Shown here piece by piece: positions 27,373-37,304 of a stretch of 64,000 nucleotides of DNA. Numbering within the stretch: the first letter of the stretch is position 1; each line of letters starts with the position of its first letter. The notes beneath the pieces were generated by a model that saw only the letters and a program-made list of their open reading frames with translations, was not told the DNA's origin and did no database searches. Source of the stretch: Candidatus Glassbacteria bacterium (GTDB lineage: Bacteria; Gemmatimonadota; Glassbacteria; GWA2-58-10); assembly GCA_019456185.1 (NCBI GenBank), contig VRUH01000019.1, forward strand, positions 1,534 through 65,533, in the 5' to 3' direction. Made by a program: the position numbers and the translations under genes.

Positions 27373-29535
27373 TTACTGTATGTCCAGCCGCAGAACTCCG
27401 GCCGGTCCGAACGGCGGCACGACAATTTCAATCCTGTTCTCGGCCGGTGAACTGACTCGCAGCGGCACAGCCCGTGGCGCTCGCGACGCCGCCTGCCAGC
27501 TTGCCCGGTTAAATCTGTCCGCTCCCGGGAATGACAATGCAACAGTGAAACTCGCGCTGCGGATCTCCTCGGTGATCGCCACACCGGGCTGAACCAGACA
27601 AAGCACCAGCTCGAACTCACCGCTCACCCGGGCGGAGGGCACCTGAAAGAGCTGACTCCGGACTCCCGAAGGCAGTTCAAGCCCCACGGGATCAAGCCGC
27701 CACTGACGGCCGGTCAGCTGAGCGAACAATGGACGGTAAGCCCGGCCGAGCTGCTGGTCCCGCTCCAGCTCGCCGTGCGAGGCGATTACACCCTGAACCA
27801 GTTTTTCCTTGAGCAGTTCCTCCAGTTCAACCAGCGTCAGATCGTCGCCAGCCACTCCCGGATCGGAAATCACGGGACGCCACAAGCCGAGCAGCGCCGC
27901 GCCGCGCAAGTCGGCCGGATCGACACCGGTGAAGCAGATCATATCCACACCTTTGGCCTCGACAACCCTGGAGGGCGGCGAGATGATTGTCAACTTGCGC
28001 TGCTGGCTGACCAGCTCGATCAGCTTTTCCCCGACCCTGACCCTGTTGGCTGCCAGGTCGCTGGCCGGGCGGTTGTGCACCACAGTCAGGCTGTCGTCGT
28101 GGGCGAAATCGATACCCGTTGTGCTCCAGTCAGCGAAATAGTATCCCAGCGCCTGCGGGTAGAGGTCGAGCATCTGCCTCTGCTGCTCCATCATCGCTCT
28201 GCCGAACGGGCTCTCAGCACCGGCGTGCATCATCAGCCTGCCCGGTCCGGCGGAAATCGGCTCGCCCTCTTCGTTCTCGGCAATGTCCGAACCATAACTG
28301 CTCTCAGCGATAAAACGTTCGCAATAGGAGTTCCACGCTCCGTCCAGCACGGCGCTGATCTTGTACTGGATCAGGTTGTCGATCACACCGCGCACCCGGC
28401 TCACCGAGATTTCTCCGTAGGCGCTGTCGGGTTCGCTGCGCCAGGAGAAATCATCGAACCGCAGCGCCTGGGGCGGTACCCATTCGCCGCTGCGGAATAC
28501 GTTCCAGGCCAGACGGACCGTGCGCACGCCCGAGTTCTGGTCCCGGGTCAGACGCCAGACCGGGGGAAGTTCCGGGGCCATCGAACTGAGCGGGGTTTCG
28601 GCGGAGGCGATCCGCCTGGGAGCTTCGAAATACTCCCTGTATTTTTCAGCATATACCCGCAGGGCGTCGCGCCATCCCGGCTCATGGGCGTAAAGCCACA
28701 GACCGGTCCGCAGGCTCCTGGTTCCCGATGCGCCAGCCAGGTCGAACGTTACGCGCAGCCAGTCGCACTCATCGATACGCGGTGCAACGCCGCCGGGCAC
28801 CAGCGACGGCTCCACTTCGAACACGACCCGCACCACCGGCAACTCCAACGGGACAGCCACGGTGATTGCCGGGCCGTCATGCCGCCAGAGGGAAATCAGT
28901 GGAATCCGCATCCGGCAGTCATCGCCTGCGCCCGGTCCGTAGACGAATCGCCTGCGCCTGCGGCCGACTGTTTCGCACCTGGTTTCGCACCCGGGCACCC
29001 AGACCGTGCTGCCGCGCTGAATCGGGAGCATGACCGTAAAATCCAGCGAGCGCAGAGGAGCGTCTTCGTCATCCGGTCTCACCTCGTAGTCCAGGAACAC
29101 ACCCTCGCGGGTGCCGATTACACGCTGGGCCACGCGGTAACCATCCGGCAGAATCAGCTTATCGAACTCTACCTTGTCCTCACCGTCCTCGAATCCCAGC
29201 ACGAGCACGGAATCGGTCAGCGAACTGACAGTCCTCCCGGTAAGCCCGTCGGTGATAGAGGTCGAAAACCAGGCGAGTCGGTCCTGATCGGGCCAGGGCC
29301 GCAGCAGTTCCTCGCCGCTGGCGGTGTGAACAATGCTGGTGATCCGGGCGCTGAGCGAGTGCAGTTTCAACTCGACACCGCCGCCTTTAACCTCGATTAT
29401 CTTGTCCTCGAGATTCTTCAGCGGAGGTTGCAGCGAGCAGGAAACACTCAGCAAAGCCGAGGCAGCCAGAGAGATGGCTGCTGCACCGAATCCGTGATTA
29501 TGAGATATCAATTTCAACTGTCGCTCCCGGCGCAT
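27373..29535 (-). CDS. Large hypothetical secreted protein (~720 aa)
   Basis: Signal peptide MRRERQLKLISHNHGFGAAAISLAASALLSVSC. Unbroken ORF with host codon bias. I recognise no family. Confidence 0.6.
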   Translation of the reverse strand: MRRERQLKLISHNHGFGAAAISLAASALLSVSCSLQPPLKNLEDKIIEVKGGGVELKLHSLSARITSIVHTASGEELLRPWPDQDRLAWFSTSITDGLTGRTVSSLTDSVLVLGFEDGEDKVEFDKLILPDGYRVAQRVIGTREGVFLDYEVRPDDEDAPLRSLDFTVMLPIQRGSTVWVPGCETRCETVGRRRRRFVYGPGAGDDCRMRIPLISLWRHDGPAITVAVPLELPVVRVVFEVEPSLVPGGVAPRIDECDWLRVTFDLAGASGTRSLRTGLWLYAHEPGWRDALRVYAEKYREYFEAPRRIASAETPLSSMAPELPPVWRLTRDQNSGVRTVRLAWNVFRSGEWVPPQALRFDDFSWRSEPDSAYGEISVSRVRGVIDNLIQYKISAVLDGAWNSYCERFIAESSYGSDIAENEEGEPISAGPGRLMMHAGAESPFGRAMMEQQRQMLDLYPQALGYYFADWSTTGIDFAHDDSLTVVHNRPASDLAANRVRVGEKLIELVSQQRKLTIISPPSRVVEAKGVDMICFTGVDPADLRGAALLGLWRPVISDPGVAGDDLTLVELEELLKEKLVQGVIASHGELERDQQLGRAYRPLFAQLTGRQWRLDPVGLELPSGVRSQLFQVPSARVSGEFELVLCLVQPGVAITEEIRSASFTVALSFPGADRFNRASWQAASRAPRAVPLRVSSPAENRIEIVVPPFGPAGVLRLDIQ

Positions 29536-29598
29536 TGGTAATTGGATACGAAGACCTGAGCCTGACAACCTTCATCTGAATTTAATACTTAATTCCGC

Positions 29599-31026
29599 TC
29601 ATGTCTCGCTCAAGGTTTTACGGATCAATCCGGCGGCCTTTTCCGCTCCGATTACGCTGACCACCGACGGCAGGTCGGGGCCGTGGGGGGTCCCGGTCAA
29701 CGCCAGCCGGACCGGCATGTACAGCAGCTTGCCTTTAACTCCGGTGCCCTCCTCAACATCCTTGAACAGGGTCTTGACTTGCCCGGGCTCAATTTCACCC
29801 TTAACCCGCTCCAGGCCGCCGGCCATCGCCTCCAGCACCTTGCGGGCGTCGGGGTGAGCGGCCAGCTCCCGGTTCTCGCCCTCCAGGGGCGCGCTCCGGC
29901 CGGCAAAACCCTCCAACCGCCCCGTTACATCGGTCAGCAATTCCAGCTTGTCCCGGCAGGCTTCCACCACTAACCGCCACTGGCGGCTGTCGAAACTTTT
30001 CCGGGCACCGCCGGCGAATTCGGCCATCAGCCCGGCCAGCCTGTCTTCTGGAAGATGCCTGATATGCTTGCCGTTAAGCCAGCGCAGTTTTAGTGGATCG
30101 AACACAGCCGCGCTCTTACCCAGCCGGTCGAAATCGATCTCGGAGCGGATCCGCTCCACTCCAAGGAACTCCTCGCCCGAGGGCGACGACCAGCTCAGCA
30201 GGCTGAGGTAATTGATCAGTGCCTGGGGGAGATAACCCGAGCGGCGGTACTCGGCGAGGCTGGTGGCCCCGTGGCGCTTGCTCAACAGCTTGCCGTCGGG
30301 GCCGAGGATCATCGGGATATGGGCGAAACCGGGCGCCCGGGCGCCCAGCGCCCGGTAAAGCATCAACTGGCGCGGAGTGTTGCTGATATGCCCGTCGCCG
30401 CGCACGACGTGGCTGATCCTCATCGCCAGATCGTCGGCCACGACAGCGAAATTATATGTCGGCCGGCCGTCTGAGCGCAGGATGATGAAATCGGAAATCG
30501 TGGCGTTTCCCACCTCGATCGCGCCTTTGGCCAGATCGGTCCAGGCACTGGAGCCTTCGGGTACGCGGAAACGGATCGAGGCCGGATCATCATCGCTTCC
30601 GGGCCTGTCCGGGCCGCTCAGGTGCCCGCGGTATACCGGCTGGCCCCCGTCAGCAAGCCGCTCCCTGCGCCAGGCTTCCATCTGCTCATCGTCCAGCCGG
30701 CACCAGTAGGCAACCCCCTGCTCAACAAGCTGCAGCGCCAGCTTACGGTATGTATCCTTGCGCTCGCTCTGGCGGTACGGGCCGAAATCGCCGCCCGTAT
30801 CCGGCCCCTCAGCCCAGTCCAAGCCAAGCCAGCGGAGGTCCTCGAGGATACTGGCTTCACTCTGGCGGGTGGAGCGCTCGGTGTCGGTGTCCTCGATCCG
30901 CAGGATAAACTGACCGCCGAACCGACCGGCCAGCAGCCAGTTCAGGATCGCCGTACGCGCGTTGCCGATATGCAGCAGTCCAGTGGGCGATGGCGCGAAC
31001 CGTACCCTGAATTTTTTATCGTTCAC
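29599..31026 (-). CDS. gltX: Glutamyl-tRNA synthetase
   Basis: RVRFAPSPTGLLHIGNARTA (HIGH) ... KLSKR-like KMSKS region. 475 aa. Confidence 0.9.
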   Translation of the reverse strand: MNDKKFRVRFAPSPTGLLHIGNARTAILNWLLAGRFGGQFILRIEDTDTERSTRQSEASILEDLRWLGLDWAEGPDTGGDFGPYRQSERKDTYRKLALQLVEQGVAYWCRLDDEQMEAWRRERLADGGQPVYRGHLSGPDRPGSDDDPASIRFRVPEGSSAWTDLAKGAIEVGNATISDFIILRSDGRPTYNFAVVADDLAMRISHVVRGDGHISNTPRQLMLYRALGARAPGFAHIPMILGPDGKLLSKRHGATSLAEYRRSGYLPQALINYLSLLSWSSPSGEEFLGVERIRSEIDFDRLGKSAAVFDPLKLRWLNGKHIRHLPEDRLAGLMAEFAGGARKSFDSRQWRLVVEACRDKLELLTDVTGRLEGFAGRSAPLEGENRELAAHPDARKVLEAMAGGLERVKGEIEPGQVKTLFKDVEEGTGVKGKLLYMPVRLALTGTPHGPDLPSVVSVIGAEKAAGLIRKTLSET

Positions 31027-31057
31027 AGACCGTCACCTTCCAAATTATTCGCGCTGG

Positions 31058-31675
31058 TTATTTTGTTCCGTTCCCGTTGCGCCGGGCCAGGCGCTGTGCC
31101 CGGTGACGGCGAACGCTGCGAAACCAGAAAAAGATGCCCACAACTACCGCCGCCGCCGCCAAGCCCAGCCCCAGGTTCACTTCCCGCAGCAATGACTTGA
31201 TAAACTCCCAGCGCCGTCCCAGCGAATACCCCAGCCAGACCAGCAGGCCGTGCTGAACCACGATCGAGCAGGCCACCGGGACAATGAACTTACGCGCCTT
31301 GAACCTGCTCACACCCGCGAACAGGGGCACAACCGAGCGCAGGCCCACCAGAAAACGGCTGAAAAAAATCGCAAGCTGGCCCCACTTACGGTAAAACAGG
31401 GCTACCCGGGCCAGCAAGTCATGGTGGAACAACCTTTTATGCCGGATGATAAATTCCCGGCCACGGCTGATACCGATGTAATAGAGCAGGATATTACTGC
31501 CCAGATTGCCCGCGGCGGTAAACAGAAACACAGGCAGCGGCGCAAGCATCCCTCGTCCGGCCAGGTACGCACCGAATACCGTGATCGTATCTCCGGGGAA
31601 GGGCGGGAAGATGTTCTCCAGCGCCGAGGTGGTCATCAGCAGAACGTAAATCAGCCAGGGCGGGACCGCTGCCAC
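31058..31675 (-). CDS. DedA/VTT-domain (SNARE-associated) membrane protein
   Basis: The motif ENIFPPFPGDTITVFGAYL...YYIGISRGREFI is typical of DedA. Confidence 0.8.
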   Translation of the reverse strand: MAAVPPWLIYVLLMTTSALENIFPPFPGDTITVFGAYLAGRGMLAPLPVFLFTAAGNLGSNILLYYIGISRGREFIIRHKRLFHHDLLARVALFYRKWGQLAIFFSRFLVGLRSVVPLFAGVSRFKARKFIVPVACSIVVQHGLLVWLGYSLGRRWEFIKSLLREVNLGLGLAAAAVVVGIFFWFRSVRRHRAQRLARRNGNGTK

Positions 31676-31728
31676 CGTATCGAATATCAGTGTTTCGAGT
31701 GAGATTTCGACTCGCCTTTCGTGGTTAC

Positions 31729-32934
31729 TTAAGAATCTTTGGCTTCCCCGCCGACCAGTACCACAGCCCGTGCGGCCACAGCCTCCTCCCGCCCTACCGG
31801 CCCGACACCCTCGTTGGTCTTGGCCTTGACATTCACCGCTGCGAGATCCATCTCCAGGATACCGGCGATCCTGGCCCTGATTTTTTCCATGTGAGGTGCT
31901 AGCCTGGGCCGCTGGGCGATAACAGTCGCGTCCAGATTGACCGGTATCCAGCCGAGAGCGGCCACTTTTGCGGCTGCCCGCCGCAGCAGCACCGCGCTGT
32001 CCGCGTCTTTATATTCGGGATCGTCGTCGGGGAACAGCCGGCCGATATCCCCGGCGGCGGCCGCTCCCAGCAGCGCGTCGGTGATTGCGTGCAGCAGCAC
32101 GTCGGCGTCGCTGTGGCCGGCCAGCCCGAACTCGTAAGGAATTTCCACACCGCCGATTATCAGCCGACGGCCCCGCTCCAGGCGGTGGAGGTCATAGCCC
32201 TCGCCAATCCTGAACGGCAGACCCGTCATCGGCCCCTCCAGTTTCCAGCGGACAAAGTCCAGGTCCGCCTCTGCGGTCAGCTTGATATTCCCGTGGTCGC
32301 CCGGTACGATCCTGACCTCGTGGCCGAACCTCTCGCAAAGCGCCGCGTCGTCGGTGGCCTCGACTCCCTCCCGCCGCGCCCGACGGTGAGCGTCCAGGAT
32401 CAGCTTGAGGCGGAATGTCTGCGGAGTCTGGGCCAGCCACAGGTTCTCCCGGTCCAATGTGCCGGCAACCACGCCGCCCTCGCCGCGCTTAACCGTATCG
32501 CGCATCGAGGCGCAGAGCATCGCGCAACCAAACTCGTCGGCCACCTCGAACGTGCGGCGGACAAGCTCCGGGTTTACCAGCGGACGGGCCGCATCATGGA
32601 TTGCGACCAGCTTGGCGCCGCTGTCCTCCAGCGTTGCGAGAGCGTTGTACACCGACTGCTGCCTGGTTTCGCCGCCCTCGGCCAGATGGACGATTCCACG
32701 CTCGCGCTCATTCAGTTCAGGGCTGAAATTTTCCAGCGTGTCGCCCGGCAAAGCCACGACAATCCTGACAACTTCCGGCAGCGCCAGGAACGGGCGGAAA
32801 CTGTGCTGCAGGATACTCGCCCCGCCGATCCGGATAAACTGCTTGCGGATGTCGCCGCCCATGCGCAGGCCCCTGCCCCCGGCGGCGATCACCGCCGCGC
32901 AAGGCGGCAGTTTTTTCGCTTTGGATTTACTCAT
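31729..32934 (-). CDS. ispDF: Bifunctional 2-C-methyl-D-erythritol 4-phosphate cytidylyltransferase / 2-C-methyl-D-erythritol 2,4-cyclodiphosphate synthase
   Basis: N-terminal IspD ([12 protein letters not shown]). C-terminal IspF ([11 protein letters not shown]...[21 protein letters not shown]). Start MSKSKAKK at about 32934. Confidence 0.9.
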   Translation of the reverse strand: MSKSKAKKLPPCAAVIAAGGRGLRMGGDIRKQFIRIGGASILQHSFRPFLALPEVVRIVVALPGDTLENFSPELNERERGIVHLAEGGETRQQSVYNALATLEDSGAKLVAIHDAARPLVNPELVRRTFEVADEFGCAMLCASMRDTVKRGEGGVVAGTLDRENLWLAQTPQTFRLKLILDAHRRARREGVEATDDAALCERFGHEVRIVPGDHGNIKLTAEADLDFVRWKLEGPMTGLPFRIGEGYDLHRLERGRRLIIGGVEIPYEFGLAGHSDADVLLHAITDALLGAAAAGDIGRLFPDDDPEYKDADSAVLLRRAAAKVAALGWIPVNLDATVIAQRPRLAPHMEKIRARIAGILEMDLAAVNVKAKTNEGVGPVGREEAVAARAVVLVGGEAKDS

Positions 32935-33000
32935 CGGATATCCGTTGCTTTTCAGAAATACGATCAAAAACCCGGAATGCCAGCAGAAGGGCAAAAAACA

Positions 33001-33130
33001 CAACCCCCTGTTTCCCCCTTTATCAAGGGGGACTAAAACTACATCGCTCTGACCCCGATGGAAGTCCGATCATAGCTTTTCAATTTCCTCTAGGCAAAGG
33101 GGGTGCCCGCCGCGGGCAGGGGTGGGTAGT
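33001..33130 (+). repeat. Intergenic repeat copy A (~130 bp), partner of copy B at 34687..34809
   Basis: Shares a 23-nt identical start (CAACCCCCTGTTTCCCCCTTTAT) and a conserved 3' block (TTTCCyCTwrGCAAAGGnGGTGCCyGC..GCGGG..GGTGGG) with copy B. The middle is variable. Contains the hairpin CCCCCTTTATCAAGGGGG. Confidence 0.6.
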
Positions 33131-33173
33131 CATGCTCCGGGGTGGTGCAAGATAAAGCCGCCCGGCGCCAGGT

Positions 33174-34583
33174 TCAAGCATCGCGTGCGGAATCCGGCGC
33201 CAGGGCTTCCCGGACAGCCTCGGCCAGACGGTCGCAGGAGGAAACTTCAATGCGTCCGCCCCCACCGTCCTCATCACGCACCGGCGGGCAGACTATCCTG
33301 CCGAATCCCAGCTTGGCGGCCTCCGCGCAACGCCGCTGCATGTGTCCCACCGAACGCAGTTCACCGCCCAGGCCGACCTCGCCGGCGAACACCGCCCGCG
33401 GGTCGAGCGGCTTGTCACGCAGGGCGCTGAAAAGTCCCAGGCAGATACCCAGGTCGGCGGCCGGTTCCACCAGCCGAAGGCCGCCGGCGACATTGACAAA
33501 CACGTCATGGCTCGAAAGCGGCAGACCCAGCCGTTTTTCGAGAATCGCGAGCATGATCGCCAGGCGGCGGCTGTCGTAACCGGTGCTGACTCGCTGGGCG
33601 GTCCCGTAGCCCGTGGGCGTTACCAGCGCCTGGACCTCCACCAGCAGCGGGCGGGTACCCTCCATGGTGCAGACCACCGCCGAGCCGGGCGCTCCCTCGG
33701 TGCGGCCCTCCAGGAAATAGCCGCTCAGGTCGCTCACCTCTTCCAGACCGGAGCCGCTCATGCGAAACAGGCCGATCTCGTTGGTGGAGCCGAACCGGTT
33801 CTTGACCACGCGCAGGATGCGGTGGGTCTGGCTGCCCTCGCCCTCGAAATAGAGTACGGTGTCCACCATGTGCTCCAGCAGACGGGGGCCGGCAATCGAG
33901 CCGTCCTTGGTGACATGGCCGACAAGGATCACTGTCACCCCGCCGCTCTTGGCCAGCCGGAGGAATCCGGCCGCTGTCTCACGCACTTGCGAGACACTGC
34001 CGGGGATCGAGTCCAGGGCGGAGACATAGACCGTCTGGATCGAGTCGACAATCAGCACGTCGGGACGGTCGCGCTCCAGCACCTGCTCCACAGTCTCGAA
34101 ACAGGTCTCGGTGATCAGCTTCAGCCCATCTCCTCCATCGACTCCCAACCTGCGGGCACGCATGGCGATCTGGCTCGCGCTCTCCTCTCCCGAGAGATAG
34201 AGCACCCTGCCGCCACCGTCGGCCAGCCGCCCGGCGAGCTGGAGCATCAGCGTACTCTTGCCGATCCCCGGATCGCCGCCCAGCAGCAGGAGAGATCCCG
34301 GCACGAGTCCGCCGCCGAGGATATGGTCCAGTTCGCCGATCCCGGAGCGTAACCTGGGAGGTTCGCCCCCGCCGCCCCTGATCACCTCGGCCAGCAGCAC
34401 CGCGCCTCCCGGCCCGGCAGCGCCATTACCGACCCTGTGCGACGGCTGGCGGGAGGGGCCGGAGTTCTGGACCACGCGTTCAACCAGGCTGTCCCAGTCT
34501 CCGCAGTTGGAACAGCGGCCCTGCCATTTGGCGAACGATGCTGCGCAGGAGGTGCATTCGTATCTGGTTCTTGTTTTAGCCAT
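33174..34583 (-). CDS. radA: DNA repair protein RadA/Sms
   Basis: N-terminal Zn-ribbon CTSCAASFAKWQGRCSNCGDW. Walker A GDPGIGKST. Lon-like C-domain. Confidence 0.9.
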   Translation of the reverse strand: MAKTRTRYECTSCAASFAKWQGRCSNCGDWDSLVERVVQNSGPSRQPSHRVGNGAAGPGGAVLLAEVIRGGGGEPPRLRSGIGELDHILGGGLVPGSLLLLGGDPGIGKSTLMLQLAGRLADGGGRVLYLSGEESASQIAMRARRLGVDGGDGLKLITETCFETVEQVLERDRPDVLIVDSIQTVYVSALDSIPGSVSQVRETAAGFLRLAKSGGVTVILVGHVTKDGSIAGPRLLEHMVDTVLYFEGEGSQTHRILRVVKNRFGSTNEIGLFRMSGSGLEEVSDLSGYFLEGRTEGAPGSAVVCTMEGTRPLLVEVQALVTPTGYGTAQRVSTGYDSRRLAIMLAILEKRLGLPLSSHDVFVNVAGGLRLVEPAADLGICLGLFSALRDKPLDPRAVFAGEVGLGGELRSVGHMQRRCAEAAKLGFGRIVCPPVRDEDGGGGRIEVSSCDRLAEAVREALAPDSARDA

Positions 34584-34686
34584 AATTTGGTACTAAAGCG
34601 CCGGGCGGACACATGTGTCCGCCCCTGCAAAAATGCTGATCTCATGGGCGACGCAGGCGTTACCCCTACGGTTAAACTAAAATTAA

Positions 34687-34809
34687 CAACCCCCTGTTTC
34701 CCCCTTTATTAAGGGTAAGGGGGATTTTCCAGCGAGTAATCCAGCGGAGGTAAAAATAATATTTCCCCTTAGCAAAGGTGGTGCCTGCTGAAAGCGGGTG
34801 GGGGTTGTC
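34687..34809 (+). repeat. Intergenic repeat copy B (~123 bp)
   Basis: See copy A. Same orientation, about 1.55 kb away, on the other side of radA. Contains the hairpin CCCCCTTTATTAAGGG(taa)GGGGG. Confidence 0.6.
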
Positions 34810-34851
34810 TGCAAGAAACAGCTGGCAAATACATAAAAAACCAGTTCAGGA

Positions 34852-35733
34852 TCAAAACGGCGAAATATTAATAAACTTGTCGGGCTGTTCGCGGAATTCG
34901 CGGATCAGGTTGCGCGCTTCGAGCGTGGTCGCGCGAAGGTCTTCGTAGAGCCGCTCGTCCCGCATCAGCCTGCCCAGCGTCCCGCGGCCGTCCTCGATTG
35001 CCACCAGCATGGTATCCAGCCTGGCCGAGGTGCTTTTCAGCTTGGCGAGCACAGTTGAGATATCGTCCTGATTTTCATCCACGGCACGGCGGATCCTGAC
35101 GGCGGCGGAATCGAGCGAGGCCATGGTTTCCTCCAGCAGGCGGCCGTAGCTGTCGAACCGCTCACTGAACTCGAGTCCGTTTTTGGTGAGCTGCTCCACG
35201 TTATCGAGAGTGCGGTTGAACGTGCCTCCCGGCCCCAGCAGGCTGTCGATCCGGTTGATCAGCCTGCTGGCGTCGGCCAGCAGCAGGTTCGAGCGCTGAG
35301 CCACCACCACGCCCTCCTTGATCAGATCGCGCAGCCCGGGCGCCAGATCACCTCTGATCCTCGCGCCGGGACGGATCGGTGCGCCATCGTTGATTTCGAG
35401 TTGAAGGTAGGCCTCGCCGAACACGTCGGAGGCATCGATCAGGGCTACGGAGTTTTCATAAAGCGCGATACCGCTGCCCACCGTGAAATTTACCACCGCC
35501 TGCCTGCCCTCCAGGAAAATCGACCGCACTCGCCCCACCGGCACACCGGCGACAGTCACGTTATCGCCGACTTTCAGCAGACCCACCTGCTCGTAGCCCG
35601 CACTGTAGTTAACCTTGTCCTGACTGGAGAGATAGCCCCTCAGGAAGAACACTGTCCAGAGCACGACCGCAAATGCAGCCACCACCACCACACCGACAAT
35701 TATCGTTTCCCTGCTGCGGGAATCCATTGTCAC
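34852..35733 (-). CDS. mlaD: MlaD/MCE-domain protein (ABC transporter periplasmic component)
   Basis: N-terminal TM helix plus Mce domain (GLLKVGDNVTVAGVPVGRV). Adjacent to mlaE and mlaF. Confidence 0.75.
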   Translation of the reverse strand: MTMDSRSRETIIVGVVVVAAFAVVLWTVFFLRGYLSSQDKVNYSAGYEQVGLLKVGDNVTVAGVPVGRVRSIFLEGRQAVVNFTVGSGIALYENSVALIDASDVFGEAYLQLEINDGAPIRPGARIRGDLAPGLRDLIKEGVVVAQRSNLLLADASRLINRIDSLLGPGGTFNRTLDNVEQLTKNGLEFSERFDSYGRLLEETMASLDSAAVRIRRAVDENQDDISTVLAKLKSTSARLDTMLVAIEDGRGTLGRLMRDERLYEDLRATTLEARNLIREFREQPDKFINISPF

Positions 35734-35758
35734 AAGCTCCGTTAATGGTTAAACATAT

Positions 35759-36517
35759 TCAGGCTTCGGCCCGGCCGGCCGTTCCGGCCAGGAACTTATC
35801 CATCAGCGGATGATCCGTACGGCGGACCTCGCCGGGCGTACCCTCATAGACAATCCGGCCGCCGTCGAGCAGACAGATCCTGGTCCCCACCTTGAGCGCG
35901 TTGGCCACCTCATGGGTAACCACGACAGCGGTGACTCCCAGGCTTTCGCGGGTATCGAGAATCAGTTCGTTGATCGAATCGGCGGTGATCGGGTCCAGGC
36001 CGGTGGTCGGCTCGTCGTAGAACACTAACTCCGGGTCCATCGCGATTGCGCGGGCCAGGCCGACCCGCTTGCGCATCCCGCCCGAGAGTTCGGCGGGCAT
36101 TTTGGCGGAGGTGCCGGCGAGTCCCACCAGGTTCAGTTTTTCCTCCACCACCAGCTCTATCTCCGCCGCACTCAGCCGTGTATGCTTGCGCAGGCCCAGG
36201 GAGATATTCTCGCCCACGCTCATCGAGTCGAACAGCGCCGAGCTCTGGAACAGCATGCCCATCCGCTTGCGTACTTCCCTCAACTGATGGCGCTCCATCA
36301 CGTCCAGCCGGCGGCCGTCGAAAAAAATCTCGCCGTCGTCGGGCCGCATCAGGCCGACCATGTGCTTGAGGATCACGCTCTTGCCGGAGCCGCTACGGCC
36401 CATGATTACCAAGGTTTCACCGTGCATCACGCTGAGATTCAGGCCATCCAGCACACGCTGGTTCCCCAAGTCCTTGCGGACGTTCACCAGTTGAAGAATC
36501 GTATCGCTGTCGGGCAT
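35759..36517 (-). CDS. mlaF: ABC transporter ATP-binding protein MlaF-like
   Basis: Walker A GRSGSGKS. Signature LSGGMRKRVGLARA. Walker B LVFYDEPT. Confidence 0.85.
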   Translation of the reverse strand: MPDSDTILQLVNVRKDLGNQRVLDGLNLSVMHGETLVIMGRSGSGKSVILKHMVGLMRPDDGEIFFDGRRLDVMERHQLREVRKRMGMLFQSSALFDSMSVGENISLGLRKHTRLSAAEIELVVEEKLNLVGLAGTSAKMPAELSGGMRKRVGLARAIAMDPELVFYDEPTTGLDPITADSINELILDTRESLGVTAVVVTHEVANALKVGTRICLLDGGRIVYEGTPGEVRRTDHPLMDKFLAGTAGRAEA

Positions 36518-36520
36518 GGC

Positions 36521-37303
36521 TCACCCCGCGGGAAACATCAGCATTGCCAGGAAATAATCGAACACCAGGATCAGCAGGCAGTTGGTCACCACGCTGCGGG
36601 TGGTGGCCAGACCCACACCCGCCGCGCCCTTGCGGGCGCAGAAGCCGTAGTAGCAACCCACCATCGTAATCGTACCGCCGAACACGAACGACTTGAACAG
36701 CCCGCTGTAGATGTCGTAGGGGTAGACGAACTGGCGCATGCCCTCCAGGAAAGCTGTGCTGGACATACCCAGGTAATAGACACAGACCGCCCAGCCGCCG
36801 GAGATCGCGATCAGGCAGCCGTAGGTGACTATCACCGGCATCATCACCAGCCCGGCGAAAAAGCGCGGCAGCAGGAGGAACTGCACCGGGTCGAACGCCA
36901 TCGTTTCCAGCGCGTCGATCTGCTCGGTAACTCGCATGGTGCCGAGTTCCGCGGCTATCGAAGCTCCCACCCGGCCGGAAAGAACCAGGGCGGTGATAAC
37001 GGGTCCGAGTTCGATAATCGTGGCCTTGGCCACCGCCGCGGCGATAAAAATCCGTGGGACGTATTCCTCGATCTGATAGCTGGTCTGCACGGCCAGCACC
37101 ATCCCGGTGAACAGGCTGGTGACAGCCACCAGGGGCAGGCTGTCCACTCCGATCCGAATCATCTGGGTGACAGTCTCTCCGCGCACGCGCCAGATAAACG
37201 GCAGCTCGGCCAACACTCGGCCCATCAGGCAGGCGGATTCACCGAGGCGGTAGAAAGTCGCCAGCACCCTGTCGCCCACGAAATGGAGCAGACTTATCAG
37301 CAC
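36521..37303 (-). CDS. mlaE: ABC transporter permease MlaE-like
   Basis: MlaE/Ttg2B family motifs (GPVITALVLSGRVGASIAAELGTMRVTEQIDALE). Confidence 0.85.
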   Translation of the reverse strand: MLISLLHFVGDRVLATFYRLGESACLMGRVLAELPFIWRVRGETVTQMIRIGVDSLPLVAVTSLFTGMVLAVQTSYQIEEYVPRIFIAAAVAKATIIELGPVITALVLSGRVGASIAAELGTMRVTEQIDALETMAFDPVQFLLLPRFFAGLVMMPVIVTYGCLIAISGGWAVCVYYLGMSSTAFLEGMRQFVYPYDIYSGLFKSFVFGGTITMVGCYYGFCARKGAAGVGLATTRSVVTNCLLILVFDYFLAMLMFPAG

Positions 37304-37304
37304 C

